NCBI GenBank assembly: GCA_965203515.1
Contig: OZ241907.1
Location: forward strand, 2,496,001-2,560,000
Direction: 5' to 3'
From: Spirochaetia bacterium
Lineage (GTDB): Bacteria > Spirochaetota > Spirochaetia > SZUA-6 > Bin103
Length of the DNA: 64,000 bases
Shown: positions 31,101 through 40,586 of the stretch, piece after piece
Layout: the number at the start of each line of letters is the position of its first letter
Numbering within the stretch: the stretch's first letter is position 1
Notes under the pieces: model-generated
What the model was told of the DNA's origin: nothing
The model's input: only the letters and a program-made list of their open reading frames with translations
The model's database searches: none
Made by a program: the position numbers and the translations under genes

Positions 31101-32098
31101 AAAATGGGTGAACTGCTTGGTCAGGAGCGCCGCCAGCTCGATGTGCGCCAAGTCGTCCGCCGCCACCGTTGCGGCGCCGGACGCGGCCGACACCACGAAC
31201 TCGTCGGCGATGCGCCCCGCCTGCGTGGTGATCACCACCTGATCGATGACCACGCCCAGCGTGGACAGCGCGGTGGCGAACGAATAGAGGAAGAACGGCG
31301 TGTCCTGCGAGGCGATCGCCAGCCGGGCGCGGCCCGGCCGGGCGCCGGCGCCGTCCGGCAGCATCTCGGTGTGGACCTCGACCGGATAGAGGATCGGTTC
31401 CTCCGGGGCGTCGGCGGAGACCGCCCGCGCCACCAGCTCGTCCACGTGGCGTTTGGCGACGTCGCGTCCGTCACGTTCCAGCAACGCCAGCACGGACCGC
31501 AGCTCGGCGGCCGCCCGCTCCGCGAACCGCGCGGCGCGCGCCGGCGGTACGCGGCCGATGAAGCGGTCGACCACGCGCGCCGCAACCCCCCGCCCGCCCG
31601 CCCGGTGTCACCGGACGGCGTCAGCGGCGCGCGCCGAGGGTCGATCCGCCGCCGGGCCTGGCGCCGGCGCGCCGCCGGACCCGGTTCGCCGGCGGGCCGC
31701 AGGTCGCGCGCGTAGGTAAAGGCGTGCCCCTGTTCGATGCTCAGCCCCAGGGAGCCGAGCACGCCGGTGATCAGCGCGAACTCGTCACGGTAGTCGAAGG
31801 CTACCACCGTGCAGGAGAACCGGTCGAAGGCGCTCGCCTCTATGGAGACTTCGGCCGGCGTCTGCGCATCGAGACGATGGGCGGCGCGCACGTGCCGTAT
31901 GAGCTGCGGCTCGGTGAACGACGTGACGTACCGTTCACCGAGCCGCGTGAGATGTTCGTCTACGAACCCGGCATCGATGTCGGGGCAACGGACGATGATC
32001 CGCCGGCGCACGGCCAGCCGGACCTCGCCCGTGCCGGAGCCTCTCCGTTCAGATTCCGCAGGTTCCGTAATGGCCCGAGTATCGCCGAATGCCGTCAA
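28137..32098 (-). pseudogene. glnE: Glutamine synthetase adenylyltransferase with N-terminal ACT-like domains, split by a frameshift near 31575-31607
   Basis: ORF 28137..31574 has two NTase domains (LGKFGGRALGYASDIE; FGKLGGRELNYSSDID); ORF 31232..32098 supplies the N-terminus in another frame; may be a sequencing artefact rather than a true pseudogene. Confidence 0.8.
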
Positions 32099-32118
32099 GT
32101 GTCGTAGCGGTCAAGTGG

Positions 32119-33543
32119 TCAAATGTCGTAGTAGAGGTGGAACTCCCACGGATGCGGCCGCAGGTCCATCTCCTGGACCTCGTTCTCCAGCTTGTAGTCG
32201 ATCCACGTCTCGATCACGTCTTCGGTGAAGACGTCGCCCTTGGTCAGGAACTCGTGATCGTCGGCCAGCTTCCCCAGCGCCTCGCGCAGCGATGCCGGAG
32301 TGGTCGGCACCTTGGCCAGCTCCTCCGGCGGCAGGTCGTACAGGTCGCGGTCGAGCGGCTCGCCCGGGTCGGCCTTGGTCAGGATGCCGTCGACGGCCGC
32401 CATCAGCAGAGCCGCGAACGCCATGTACGGGTTGCAGGACGGATCGGGACAGCGGAACTCGGCGCGCTTCGCCTTCGGCGAGGTGAAGTACATCGGGATG
32501 CGCACCGCGGCGCTCCGGTTGCGGCGCGAGTAGGCCAGGTTGACCGGCGCCTCGTAGCCGGGGACCAGCCGCTTGTAGCTGTTGGTCGACGGGTTGGTGA
32601 ACGCCAGCAGCGCCGGCGCGTGCTGAAGGATGCCGCCGATGGCGTGCAGCGCCATCTCCGACAGTCCGGCATAGCCGTCGCCGGCAAACAGGTTCTCGTC
32701 GCCGTTCCAGATCGACAGGTGCGTGTGCATGCCGGTGCCGTTGTCGTTGAACAGCGGCTTTGGCATGAAGGTCGCCGTCTTGTTGTAGCGCCGCGCGGTG
32801 TTCTTGACCACGTACTTGTACTTCATCATCCGGTCGGCCATCGTCACCATCGGGGCGAAGCGCATGTCGATCTCGCCCTGTCCGCCGGTCGCCACCTCAT
32901 GGTGCTGGGCTTCGACCGGAACGCCGATCTCCTCCATGATCAGCATCATCTCGCTGCGCAGGTCGTGGAGCGAGTCGGTGGGCGGCACCGGGAAGTAGCC
33001 TTCCTTGAGGCGCGGCTTGTAGCCCAGGTTCGGCTGCTCGTCGCTGCCGGAGTTCCAGATCCCCTCTTCCGAGTCGATGTAGAAGTACCCGGAGTGCTCG
33101 TTCTGGGCGAACCGGATGTCGTCGAAGATGAAGAACTCCGCCTCCGGCCCGAAGAACGCCGTATCGCCGAGGCCGGTCGACTGCAGGTACGATTCCGCCT
33201 TGCGGGCGATGTGGCGCGGGTCGCGCGTGTAGTCCTCGCCCGTGATCGGATCGCGGATGTCGCAGATGACCACCAGCGTCTTCCGCGCCATGAACGGATC
33301 GATGAAGCCGGTCGTGGCGTCCGGCACGATCAACATGTCCGACTCGTTGATCGATTGCCAGCCGCGGATGCTGGAGCCGTCGAAGCCCAGCCCGCTTTCG
33401 AAGTCATCGACGTCCAGCGAGCGCGCCGGAATCGAGAAGTGCTGCCAGATGCCGGGAAAGTCGATGAAGCGCAGGTCGACGACCTCCACCTTCTCTTCTT
33501 GAATGAGCGCCAGTGCGTCTGACGCGGTCTTGAGTTCCTTCAT
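32119..33543 (-). CDS. glnA: Glutamine synthetase type I (beta)
   Basis: [43 protein letters not shown], adenylylation site DLYDLP; GGAGG SD. Confidence 0.98.
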   Translation of the reverse strand: MKELKTASDALALIQEEKVEVVDLRFIDFPGIWQHFSIPARSLDVDDFESGLGFDGSSIRGWQSINESDMLIVPDATTGFIDPFMARKTLVVICDIRDPITGEDYTRDPRHIARKAESYLQSTGLGDTAFFGPEAEFFIFDDIRFAQNEHSGYFYIDSEEGIWNSGSDEQPNLGYKPRLKEGYFPVPPTDSLHDLRSEMMLIMEEIGVPVEAQHHEVATGGQGEIDMRFAPMVTMADRMMKYKYVVKNTARRYNKTATFMPKPLFNDNGTGMHTHLSIWNGDENLFAGDGYAGLSEMALHAIGGILQHAPALLAFTNPSTNSYKRLVPGYEAPVNLAYSRRNRSAAVRIPMYFTSPKAKRAEFRCPDPSCNPYMAFAALLMAAVDGILTKADPGEPLDRDLYDLPPEELAKVPTTPASLREALGKLADDHEFLTKGDVFTEDVIETWIDYKLENEVQEMDLRPHPWEFHLYYDI

Positions 33544-33570
33544 GAACCCTCCTCTTCGCCGTCCATGGTG

Positions 33571-33586
33571 GCAAGAATCGTACCGA
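33571..33586 (-). promoter_or_regulatory. sigma54 -24/-12 promoter of glnA
   Basis: Minus strand TCGGTACGATTCTTGC = GG-N10-GC with TTGC. Confidence 0.8.
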
Positions 33587-33614
33587 TAGGCAAGCGAGCC
33601 GCCGGCGCCAGGCA

Positions 33615-33662
33615 GCCTACGATTCGGTAGGCGCTTCCCGCCGTGCCTACGAAAACGTAGCT
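33615..33662. promoter_or_regulatory. Tandem enhancer sites TAC-N6-GTA upstream of glnA
   Basis: GCCTACGATTCGGTAGGC (TAC at 33618) and GCCTACGAAAACGTAGCT (TAC at 33648), 30 bp apart. Confidence 0.75.
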
Positions 33663-33703
33663 ATCTCTGCGATACCCGGTTCCATGCTACGCTTCCGCGA
33701 TCC

Positions 33704-34141
33704 ATGAACCAGAATGAAGCCGCGACTCCCCGCCGCACCCTGGCCATCGTCAAGCCGGACGCCGTGGCCGCCGGCCATACCGGCGCCATCGTCGGGATGA
33801 TCGAGCAGGACGGGTTCACCATCCGCGCCCTGCGCATGATCCGGCTGTCGATCCCGCAGGCGCGCGCCTTCTACGCCGTGCACGCCGAACGCCCCTTCTA
33901 CGACAGCCTGGTCGACTTCATGACCTCCGGACCGATCGTAGCGGCGGCGCTGGAACGGGCCGACGCGGTCGCCGCCTGGCGCCGGCTGATGGGCGCCACC
34001 GATCCGGCGCAGGCCGAGCCGGGCACGGTCCGCGCCCGCTTCGGCAGCTCGATCGAGCGCAACTCCACGCACGGGTCGGACTCGCCGGAGAACGCCGCCG
34101 CCGAGGTGCGCTTCTTCTTCGCCGAGGCCGATCTGCTCTGA
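33704..34141 (+). CDS. ndk: Nucleoside-diphosphate kinase
   Basis: RTLAIVKPDAV, FY.VH..RPF, N.THGSDS. Confidence 0.97.
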   Translation: MNQNEAATPRRTLAIVKPDAVAAGHTGAIVGMIEQDGFTIRALRMIRLSIPQARAFYAVHAERPFYDSLVDFMTSGPIVAAALERADAVAAWRRLMGATDPAQAEPGTVRARFGSSIERNSTHGSDSPENAAAEVRFFFAEADLL

Positions 34142-34155
34142 CGGGTCCCGATCCG

Positions 34156-34815
34156 ATGGCGCGACCCGGCGGGCCAGCCGGCGGGCGGGCCGCCGGACCG
34201 GCCGCGCGCCGGCTGGCGCGTGAACGGGGCGTCGATCTGCGCCGCGCGCGCGGCAGCGGCCGCGGCGGCCGCATCACCGTCGAGGACGTGCGGCGGGCTG
34301 CACGGCCGCCGGCAGACGCCCCGCCGGCAGACACCCTGCCGGCAGACTCCGCGCCGGTGACGGCGCGAGCCGATCTGAGCGCGCTGCTGGATCGACTTCC
34401 GGCGCTTGCCGCGGTCAGCGGTCAGGATGACCCGCCGCTGGCGCCGCTGCTGATCAAGGCGGCGGCCGCCGCGCTGCGCGCCTGTCCGGAGCTCTCGCCG
34501 CTCTCTATCGCCCGGGGCGCCGAACGGTGGGCGCTTGCGGACGGGTCGGCGGTCGCCGGCCTGGGCATCGCTGCCCTGACGCGGGCGGCGGCCGCGGCGC
34601 GGATCACGGCGCCGGCCGGCCGCGGCGCGGCCGCCGCCAAGACGGCGCTGCGGATGGATGGTCCGGTGACCGAAGCCGCCTATCGGAACGGCGCCATCCA
34701 CGCCGGTGCCCATCTGCGCCTCACGCTGCAAGGACCGGAAGACGCGGCCTGCGCACCGTTCCTGCGCACCCTGGTCCAGCTCCTGGAGACCCCCGTTCTG
34801 CTGCTGTCGGCGTGA
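34156..34815 (+). CDS. E3-binding (peripheral-subunit-binding) domain protein with degenerate E2-like C-terminus
   Basis: PAARRLARERGVDL...GSGRGGRITVEDV; C-terminal FLRTLVQLLETPVLLL like the end of E2. Confidence 0.65.
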   Translation: MARPGGPAGGRAAGPAARRLARERGVDLRRARGSGRGGRITVEDVRRAARPPADAPPADTLPADSAPVTARADLSALLDRLPALAAVSGQDDPPLAPLLIKAAAAALRACPELSPLSIARGAERWALADGSAVAGLGIAALTRAAAAARITAPAGRGAAAAKTALRMDGPVTEAAYRNGAIHAGAHLRLTLQGPEDAACAPFLRTLVQLLETPVLLLSA

Positions 34816-34905
34816 CGGTCGCCCGCGCTCCTGACCTCCGGCCCGGAATCGGTCTACGATCGCCTTTCACCACTTCCCGAACCATTCCCGAATCGGAGCT
34901 GACCC

Positions 34906-35955
34906 ATGATCGACCTGACCCGTTCCACGGAACCGGTGCCGGACATCCAGCGGGCCGAGCGCGATCCCGGCACGGTGTGGCGCAAGCTGCCCGATCCGGC
35001 CATCGACGCGCCGCCCGACGGCGACCTGCGCCCGGAACCGGACGCGCGCTGGCCGCGCGCGGCGGCGCGCTCCGGCCTGTGCGGTTCGGTCAGCCCGCGC
35101 GTCGTGCGGCTGGCGGACGGGACCTACCGGCTCTACTACACCCAGATCCTGCCGCGTCCCGGCCACCCCGCCGGCGCCAACGACTACGGCAACGCGACCA
35201 CCCGCATCCTCAGCGCGCGCTCGACCGACGGGCTGACCTGGAACCCGGAGCCGGGGGTGCGCCTGTCGCCCGCCGACGGCGGCGCCGGGGACTTCCGGGT
35301 CGTCTCCAGCGAGGTCGGACCGGCGGCGGACGGCAGCGGTCGGCTGCGCATGTACTACGAGTGCTGCCCCGGAACGCAGGACGAGCAGAACTCGATCCGC
35401 AGCGCGATCAGCGGCGACGGATTGACCTGGGAGCCGGAACCCGGCGACCGCCTGCGGATAGCGGGCAGCAACATCATGGCGCCGCGCATCGTCTTTCTGG
35501 GCGGCGGGCGCCTGCGCATGTACCTGACGCAACGCGGCGTCGGGATCATCAGCGCGGTCTCACCGGACGGGATGACCTTCGAGCCGGAGCCGGGTCCGCG
35601 CCTGCCCGGCGATGCAAGCACCTTCGCGCCGGACCTGGTGCTGCTCCCGGACGGCCGCTACCGCATGTATCTGGTCGCCGACGCAAGCGCGCGTCCGCCG
35701 CTGCGCGGCGGCGGCCAGCATCTGGTGACCGCCACGTCCGCCGACGGTCTGCGCTGGGACCGGGAAGCCGCGCCGGTGCTCTCGCCCGGCGGCGCCTGGG
35801 ACCGCGCCAAGGCATCGGAGCCGTGCGTGCTCCCGTTGCCGGCCGCGGCCGGCGCGGCGCCCGGCTACGGCATGGCGTACGAGGCGTGCGACGGCACCAC
35901 CGCCGACGCGCGCGGCGTGTGGCGAATCGCGACCGGCGTCACCGTCGAGGGCTGA
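34906..35955 (+). CDS. Five-bladed beta-propeller protein (GH32/GH43 clan-like)
   Basis: Repeated P.VV...G.YRLYY...ISA.S.DG.TW.PEPG blades. Confidence 0.65.
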   Translation: MIDLTRSTEPVPDIQRAERDPGTVWRKLPDPAIDAPPDGDLRPEPDARWPRAAARSGLCGSVSPRVVRLADGTYRLYYTQILPRPGHPAGANDYGNATTRILSARSTDGLTWNPEPGVRLSPADGGAGDFRVVSSEVGPAADGSGRLRMYYECCPGTQDEQNSIRSAISGDGLTWEPEPGDRLRIAGSNIMAPRIVFLGGGRLRMYLTQRGVGIISAVSPDGMTFEPEPGPRLPGDASTFAPDLVLLPDGRYRMYLVADASARPPLRGGGQHLVTATSADGLRWDREAAPVLSPGGAWDRAKASEPCVLPLPAAAGAAPGYGMAYEACDGTTADARGVWRIATGVTVEG

Positions 35956-36022
35956 TCCGACCCCACCGCGATCAGACGCGCGTGCCGCGGGCCGCGCGGC
36001 GCACCGGTGCGTCGACGGTTCT

Positions 36023-36823
36023 TCAAGAGCCGGTGCTCTGGTAGCGCCTGATGCCGGTGTTCCACAGCGCCACGCCGAGCACCAGCGTCACCACCGCCAC
36101 CGCCGGGCCGCCGTAGCGCAGCGCGGGCGCGAACGTCCCGTCGCCGCTCCGTTCCAGGAACAGATGCGCCGGGTAGAAGTTGACGAACGCGAACGGCACC
36201 ACGGTCAGCAGGAGCTGGACCGCCTTGGGGTAGATCGTGATCGGATAGCGAATGAAGTCCGCGAACGTGAAGAATATCCGCTGCCCCATCGAGCCGGCGC
36301 GGATGAACCGGAAGCTGAGCGTGCCGATCATGATGATGAGGCCGCTCAGGATCATCACGCCGCACACCAGCGTGACGATCAGCCAGACCACGTCCGCCGC
36401 TCCGAGGGAGATGCCCAGCTCGCGCAGGCTGACGACCAGGACGATCAGGCCGATGATGATGTTGCTGAACCAGATATGGTTGAACTTCATCAGGATCACG
36501 TGCATCAGCGTGGGGATCGGTTTGGTCAGGACGTTGTCGAACTTGCCGTCGCGGACCAGGTGCTCGACGGTCAGCAGCGGCGAGCGGATGAACACCCCGC
36601 ACGCGCCCCAACTGATCTGGTACAACGCGACCAGCATCATCACCTCGAACCAGGTCCAGCCGTTGATCACCTGGAACCGGCTCATGATGATCCAGACCGC
36701 CGCATAGCCGGCGACGTTGTGGATGGCGAGCGTCAGGAAGTCGAGCCAGAAGTTGAGGCGGTACTCCATCATTCCCTTGAGGATGACCGCCACGAAGGTC
36801 CCGTAGAGTCGGAGCAGCCGCAC
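36023..36823 (-). CDS. ABC-2 family (DUF990-type) exporter permease
   Basis: MEYRLNF, GKFD.VLTKP, YPITIYP, PFAFVNFYP, YQSTGS. Confidence 0.88.
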   Translation of the reverse strand: MRLLRLYGTFVAVILKGMMEYRLNFWLDFLTLAIHNVAGYAAVWIIMSRFQVINGWTWFEVMMLVALYQISWGACGVFIRSPLLTVEHLVRDGKFDNVLTKPIPTLMHVILMKFNHIWFSNIIIGLIVLVVSLRELGISLGAADVVWLIVTLVCGVMILSGLIIMIGTLSFRFIRAGSMGQRIFFTFADFIRYPITIYPKAVQLLLTVVPFAFVNFYPAHLFLERSGDGTFAPALRYGGPAVAVVTLVLGVALWNTGIRRYQSTGS

Positions 36824-36827
36824 GATC

Positions 36828-37640
36828 TCACCCGCCCTGCACGACGACCTTGCGTATGCCGGCCAACCACAGGACGCGCTGCGCGACCAGCAGACCGGCT
36901 ATCCACAACCACTGATGCGCCAGCAGAGCGGCCGCATGCGCCGGCTCGATCTTGCCCAGCCAGACCGCCGACGGGGCGAAATAGAGCAGCCGGAACGGCA
37001 GATACGCGGAGACCGCCGCCAGCCAGTCCGGAAAGAACCACAACGGGATGAAGGAGCCCGAGAACAGCCCGACCATCACGTAGAGCAGGGAGCCGAGCTG
37101 CCAGACCGACGTGTGCCAGAAACCGACCAGCCCGAGCAGGTACGACATGAGAAAGAGCAGCAGCGCGGCGCCGGGCACCAGCGCCAGACTCAGCAGGCCG
37201 GCCGTTGCGGTCGGCGGCCCCTGCACGCCCACGATGGCGATGACCACGACCACCAGAGGCACCATCTGCACGACGGCCCGGTAGAGCGACTCTCCCCACA
37301 CGGCGGCCAGGTGGGAGAGCAGATGGCTGATCGGCCGGATGAAGTCGATGGCGATCTCGCCGCTCTTGATGCGCTGATCGATCCGCTCGATCACGTACGC
37401 GTCGACCAGGTACGAGAGCGCCGTGGCCAACACCACGTAGGTCGTCATCTCCCGCAGCGACACCGCGCCGAAGCCGGTCCGCACGGCGTCCCGCCCCGCG
37501 TACAGCGCCCGCCAGATCGCGAGCTGGACGAGGATGAAGACGACGTTGCTGGCGGTGCCCAGCAACGTGTTGAACCGGTAGGCGGCGTGCGAGGTCGCTT
37601 CGATGGCCAGCAGCTGCAGGTAGACGCGCAGGCGGGACAT
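36828..37640 (-). CDS. ABC-2 family exporter permease
   Basis: AYRFN, IKSGEIAIDFIRP, FSGSFIPLWFFP, ends VQGG. Confidence 0.88.
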   Translation of the reverse strand: MSRLRVYLQLLAIEATSHAAYRFNTLLGTASNVVFILVQLAIWRALYAGRDAVRTGFGAVSLREMTTYVVLATALSYLVDAYVIERIDQRIKSGEIAIDFIRPISHLLSHLAAVWGESLYRAVVQMVPLVVVVIAIVGVQGPPTATAGLLSLALVPGAALLLFLMSYLLGLVGFWHTSVWQLGSLLYVMVGLFSGSFIPLWFFPDWLAAVSAYLPFRLLYFAPSAVWLGKIEPAHAAALLAHQWLWIAGLLVAQRVLWLAGIRKVVVQGG

Positions 37641-37653
37641 GCGGCGCGGCGGC

Positions 37654-38661
37654 CTACAGACTTGCGTAGAGGTTGCGGATCACGTGCTCGATTTCCGGCT
37701 CCTCGGTGGAGAAGTCGCGCACCTCGTTGCCCCGCAACAGCTCGCCGACGAGCGCCGCCGCCGTCGCGCGCGCCGGGTCGAAGGTGATCGTGACCGTGCC
37801 GTCGCGCACCGCCACGCTCTTCGCTCCGGCTGCTTCCAGCCGCGACCGGTTCCATATCTTGCCCCGCACGTCGGCGGTGATCACGCTGTCGGCGGCATAG
37901 CGGCGCTTCAGCGCGTCGAGATCGCCATCGTACATGATCCGCCCCTTGTCGATGACGATCACCCGGTCGCACAACTTCTCGATATCGCCCATGTCGTGGG
38001 TGGTGAGGATGACCGTCTTGCCGTGCGTTCGATTGATCTCGCGGATGAACTGCCGTATCTGCTCCTTCGCCACGACGTCCAGCCCGATGGTCGGCTCGTC
38101 CAGGAAGAGGAAGTCGGGGTCGTGCAGCATCGCGCAGCAGAAGTCGGCGCGCATACGTTGCCCCAGGCTGAGCTGCCGGACCGCAACGTCGGCGAACTCG
38201 CCGATCGCCAACATGTCGTGGAAGCGGGCCAGCGTCCGCTCGAAGTCGGCCAGCGGGATGTCGTACACGTGGCGCATCACCTTGAAGGTGTCCGAGACCG
38301 GGATGTCCCACCAGAGCTGGGTGCGCTGGCCGAACACGACGCCGATGTTGCGGGCGTTGGCCACGCGCTGGCGGTGCGGGACGATGCCGCCCACGGAGAC
38401 GTCGCCGCCGGTCGGCACCAGGATGCCCACCAGCATCTTGACGGTCGTCGACTTGCCGGCGCCGTTGGGGCCGATGTAGCCGACCACCTCGCCCGGTTCG
38501 ATCTCGAAGGAGACGCGATCGACCGCGGTGAGCACGTCGTACTCCGGCGCGAACAGTGCGCGCACCGCGCCGCCAATGCCCGGCCGGCGGCGCTGGCGCT
38601 TGAACTCGCGGGTGAGGCTGCGGGCTCGTATCCCTTCCCCGGGCGAACCCTTCCCCTTCAA
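37654..38661 (-). CDS. ABC exporter ATP-binding protein
   Basis: GPNGAGKST, VVFGQRTQLWWD, LSLGQRMR, DEPTIGLD; TTG start 7 nt after TACACT. Confidence 0.92.
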   Translation of the reverse strand: MKGKGSPGEGIRARSLTREFKRQRRRPGIGGAVRALFAPEYDVLTAVDRVSFEIEPGEVVGYIGPNGAGKSTTVKMLVGILVPTGGDVSVGGIVPHRQRVANARNIGVVFGQRTQLWWDIPVSDTFKVMRHVYDIPLADFERTLARFHDMLAIGEFADVAVRQLSLGQRMRADFCCAMLHDPDFLFLDEPTIGLDVVAKEQIRQFIREINRTHGKTVILTTHDMGDIEKLCDRVIVIDKGRIMYDGDLDALKRRYAADSVITADVRGKIWNRSRLEAAGAKSVAVRDGTVTITFDPARATAAALVGELLRGNEVRDFSTEEPEIEHVIRNLYASL

Positions 38662-38742
38662 GTCGACCAGTGTAACACCTGCATCGGCCAGGATGCGGCC
38701 CGGCGGCTGCGCCCGGCGCGGCGAACCGGTAGACTGGCCGCC

Positions 38743-39804
38743 ATGCTCGACAAACCCTTCCTGACCACCGTGGTCGGCTCCATGCCGCGCCCGAAGTTCT
38801 TTCGCGATCGGGTCGACCGCCACCTCGTCGAGGGCGCCGGCGAGGGTGACCTGCTCGACCTGATGGACCGTTCGATTCCCTACGTCGCCGCGCTGCAGGA
38901 GGCTGCCGGCGTCGACGTCATCTCCGACGGCGAGTGGCGGCGCAAGTCCTACGTCGGCGTCATCGCCGAGATGCTCACCGGCGTGGAGCAGTTCAAGGTG
39001 CCGCTCGACTCGTTCCGCCACGACGCGCGCGTCGGCTACGCGGTCATCGGCCCGGTCGCCCCGACGCGCGAAGGGCTGTTCGCGGAGGAGGCGGTCAAAC
39101 TGCGCCGCCACACCGGCAAGGCGGTGCGGGTGGCGCTGCCGACGCCCCACCTGACCGCCAGCTTCCTGTGGGACCCGGTCAAGTCACCGCCGCACTGCTC
39201 CGAGCGCGAGTTCATCGAGACCATGGTGCCGATCATCCGGCGTGAGGTGGAGCTGCTGCGCGACGCCGGCGTCCGCTACGTGCAGTTCGACGACACCCGC
39301 ATCGGCGGCGTCCATGCGGAGGAGCCGGAGTCGGCCGCCTACCGCGACGCGCTGTTCGACTCGGTGGACACCCTCAACCGGGTGGTGGACGGTATCGACG
39401 GCATCTACACCTCCCTGCACCTGTGCGGCAAGCGCCGCATCGGTCCGGACCAGGTGCCGCGCTACGACACGATGCTGCCGGGCTTCGAGCGCCTGCGCAT
39501 CGACATGCCGATGTTCGAGATGCTGCAGTTCGACGACTACGACCGCGAGCTGCTGCGCGGGCTGCCCGAGCGCATGGACGTCGGCTGCGGCTGCGTGGCG
39601 TCGAAGACGTTCGAGATCGACACCCCGGAACAGATCGCCGCCCGCGCGCGGGAGGCGGCCAGGATCGTCGGCCCGGAGCGCACGGCGCTCCACCCCGACT
39701 GCGGATTCTCGCCCGGCACCTACTTCGACATCCCGCTCGACGAGATCTACCGGAAGCTCGCCAACATGACGCGCGCGGCGGAGATGCTGCGAGCCGAAGC
39801 GTAG
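38743..39804 (+). CDS. Cobalamin-independent methionine synthase II-family protein (single barrel)
   Basis: TTVVGSMPRP, DVISDGEWRR, HLCG, E, PDCG zinc ligands. Confidence 0.85.
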   Translation: MLDKPFLTTVVGSMPRPKFFRDRVDRHLVEGAGEGDLLDLMDRSIPYVAALQEAAGVDVISDGEWRRKSYVGVIAEMLTGVEQFKVPLDSFRHDARVGYAVIGPVAPTREGLFAEEAVKLRRHTGKAVRVALPTPHLTASFLWDPVKSPPHCSEREFIETMVPIIRREVELLRDAGVRYVQFDDTRIGGVHAEEPESAAYRDALFDSVDTLNRVVDGIDGIYTSLHLCGKRRIGPDQVPRYDTMLPGFERLRIDMPMFEMLQFDDYDRELLRGLPERMDVGCGCVASKTFEIDTPEQIAARAREAARIVGPERTALHPDCGFSPGTYFDIPLDEIYRKLANMTRAAEMLRAEA

Positions 39805-39841
39805 CGCGCCGGCCTGCCGACCACGCCCCGAGAGCCGACCG

Positions 39842-40570
39842 ATGCCACGCCGCGGCCGCACCATATTCGTGGGCGACGTGCACGGCTGCCGCGCCGAGCT
39901 CGACGCCCTGCTGGCCAAGGTCGGCTACGCGCCGGGCCGGGACCGGCTGCTGTTGACCGGCGACGCCTTCACGCGCGGCCCCGACCCGGCCGGCGTCTGG
40001 CACCGCATCCGCGGGAGCGGCGCCGAGATGGTGATGGGCAACCATGACGACGAGCTGCTCCGCCAGCTCCGCGCCGTCGCCGCCGGCCGCGATCCCCAGC
40101 CGGCCCACGGCGACCGCAACCAGACCCTGCGCGCGCTGGCCGCGCACGGCGAGGAGTTGATCGACTGGCTGGCGGCGCTGCCGCTGTACGTCGAGGAGCC
40201 GGGGTTCCTGCTGGTGCACGCCGGCATCGACCCGGAGCGGGGACTCGCCGGCACCTCGCGCGAGCAGTTCCTGACCATCCGCACGTGGCCTCCGAACGGC
40301 GGCATCACCGGTCCGCGCTGGCACGAGCACCTCGACGAGCGGCACCTCGTGCCGGGCAGGCCGCTCGTATTCGGACACGACGCGCCGCAGGGCCTGGTCA
40401 AGCGCGTCGCGGAGGATTCCGGTGACGCCCGGCCCAGCCTGATCGGGCTCGACTCGGGCTGCGTGTTCGGCAACGAGCTGAGCGCCTACCTGCTGGAAGA
40501 GGACCGCATCGTCCAGGTCGCCGCCCGACGACGCTGGATCGATCTGTGGCGGAAGCGCAACGCGCCCTGA
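39842..40570 (+). CDS. Metallophosphoesterase (ApaH/PPP-like)
   Basis: GDVHGC, GD..TRGP, GNHD, VHAG, FGH, LDSGCVFG. Confidence 0.9.
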   Translation: MPRRGRTIFVGDVHGCRAELDALLAKVGYAPGRDRLLLTGDAFTRGPDPAGVWHRIRGSGAEMVMGNHDDELLRQLRAVAAGRDPQPAHGDRNQTLRALAAHGEELIDWLAALPLYVEEPGFLLVHAGIDPERGLAGTSREQFLTIRTWPPNGGITGPRWHEHLDERHLVPGRPLVFGHDAPQGLVKRVAEDSGDARPSLIGLDSGCVFGNELSAYLLEEDRIVQVAARRRWIDLWRKRNAP

Positions 40571-40586
40571 CGCCTATAATGCGCGC

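Noticed and set aside
32090..32135. Short direct repeat (CTACGACAyTTGAC on the minus strand) at the glnA end
   Set aside because: Only ~14 bp, two copies, nothing mobile between them; significance unsupported
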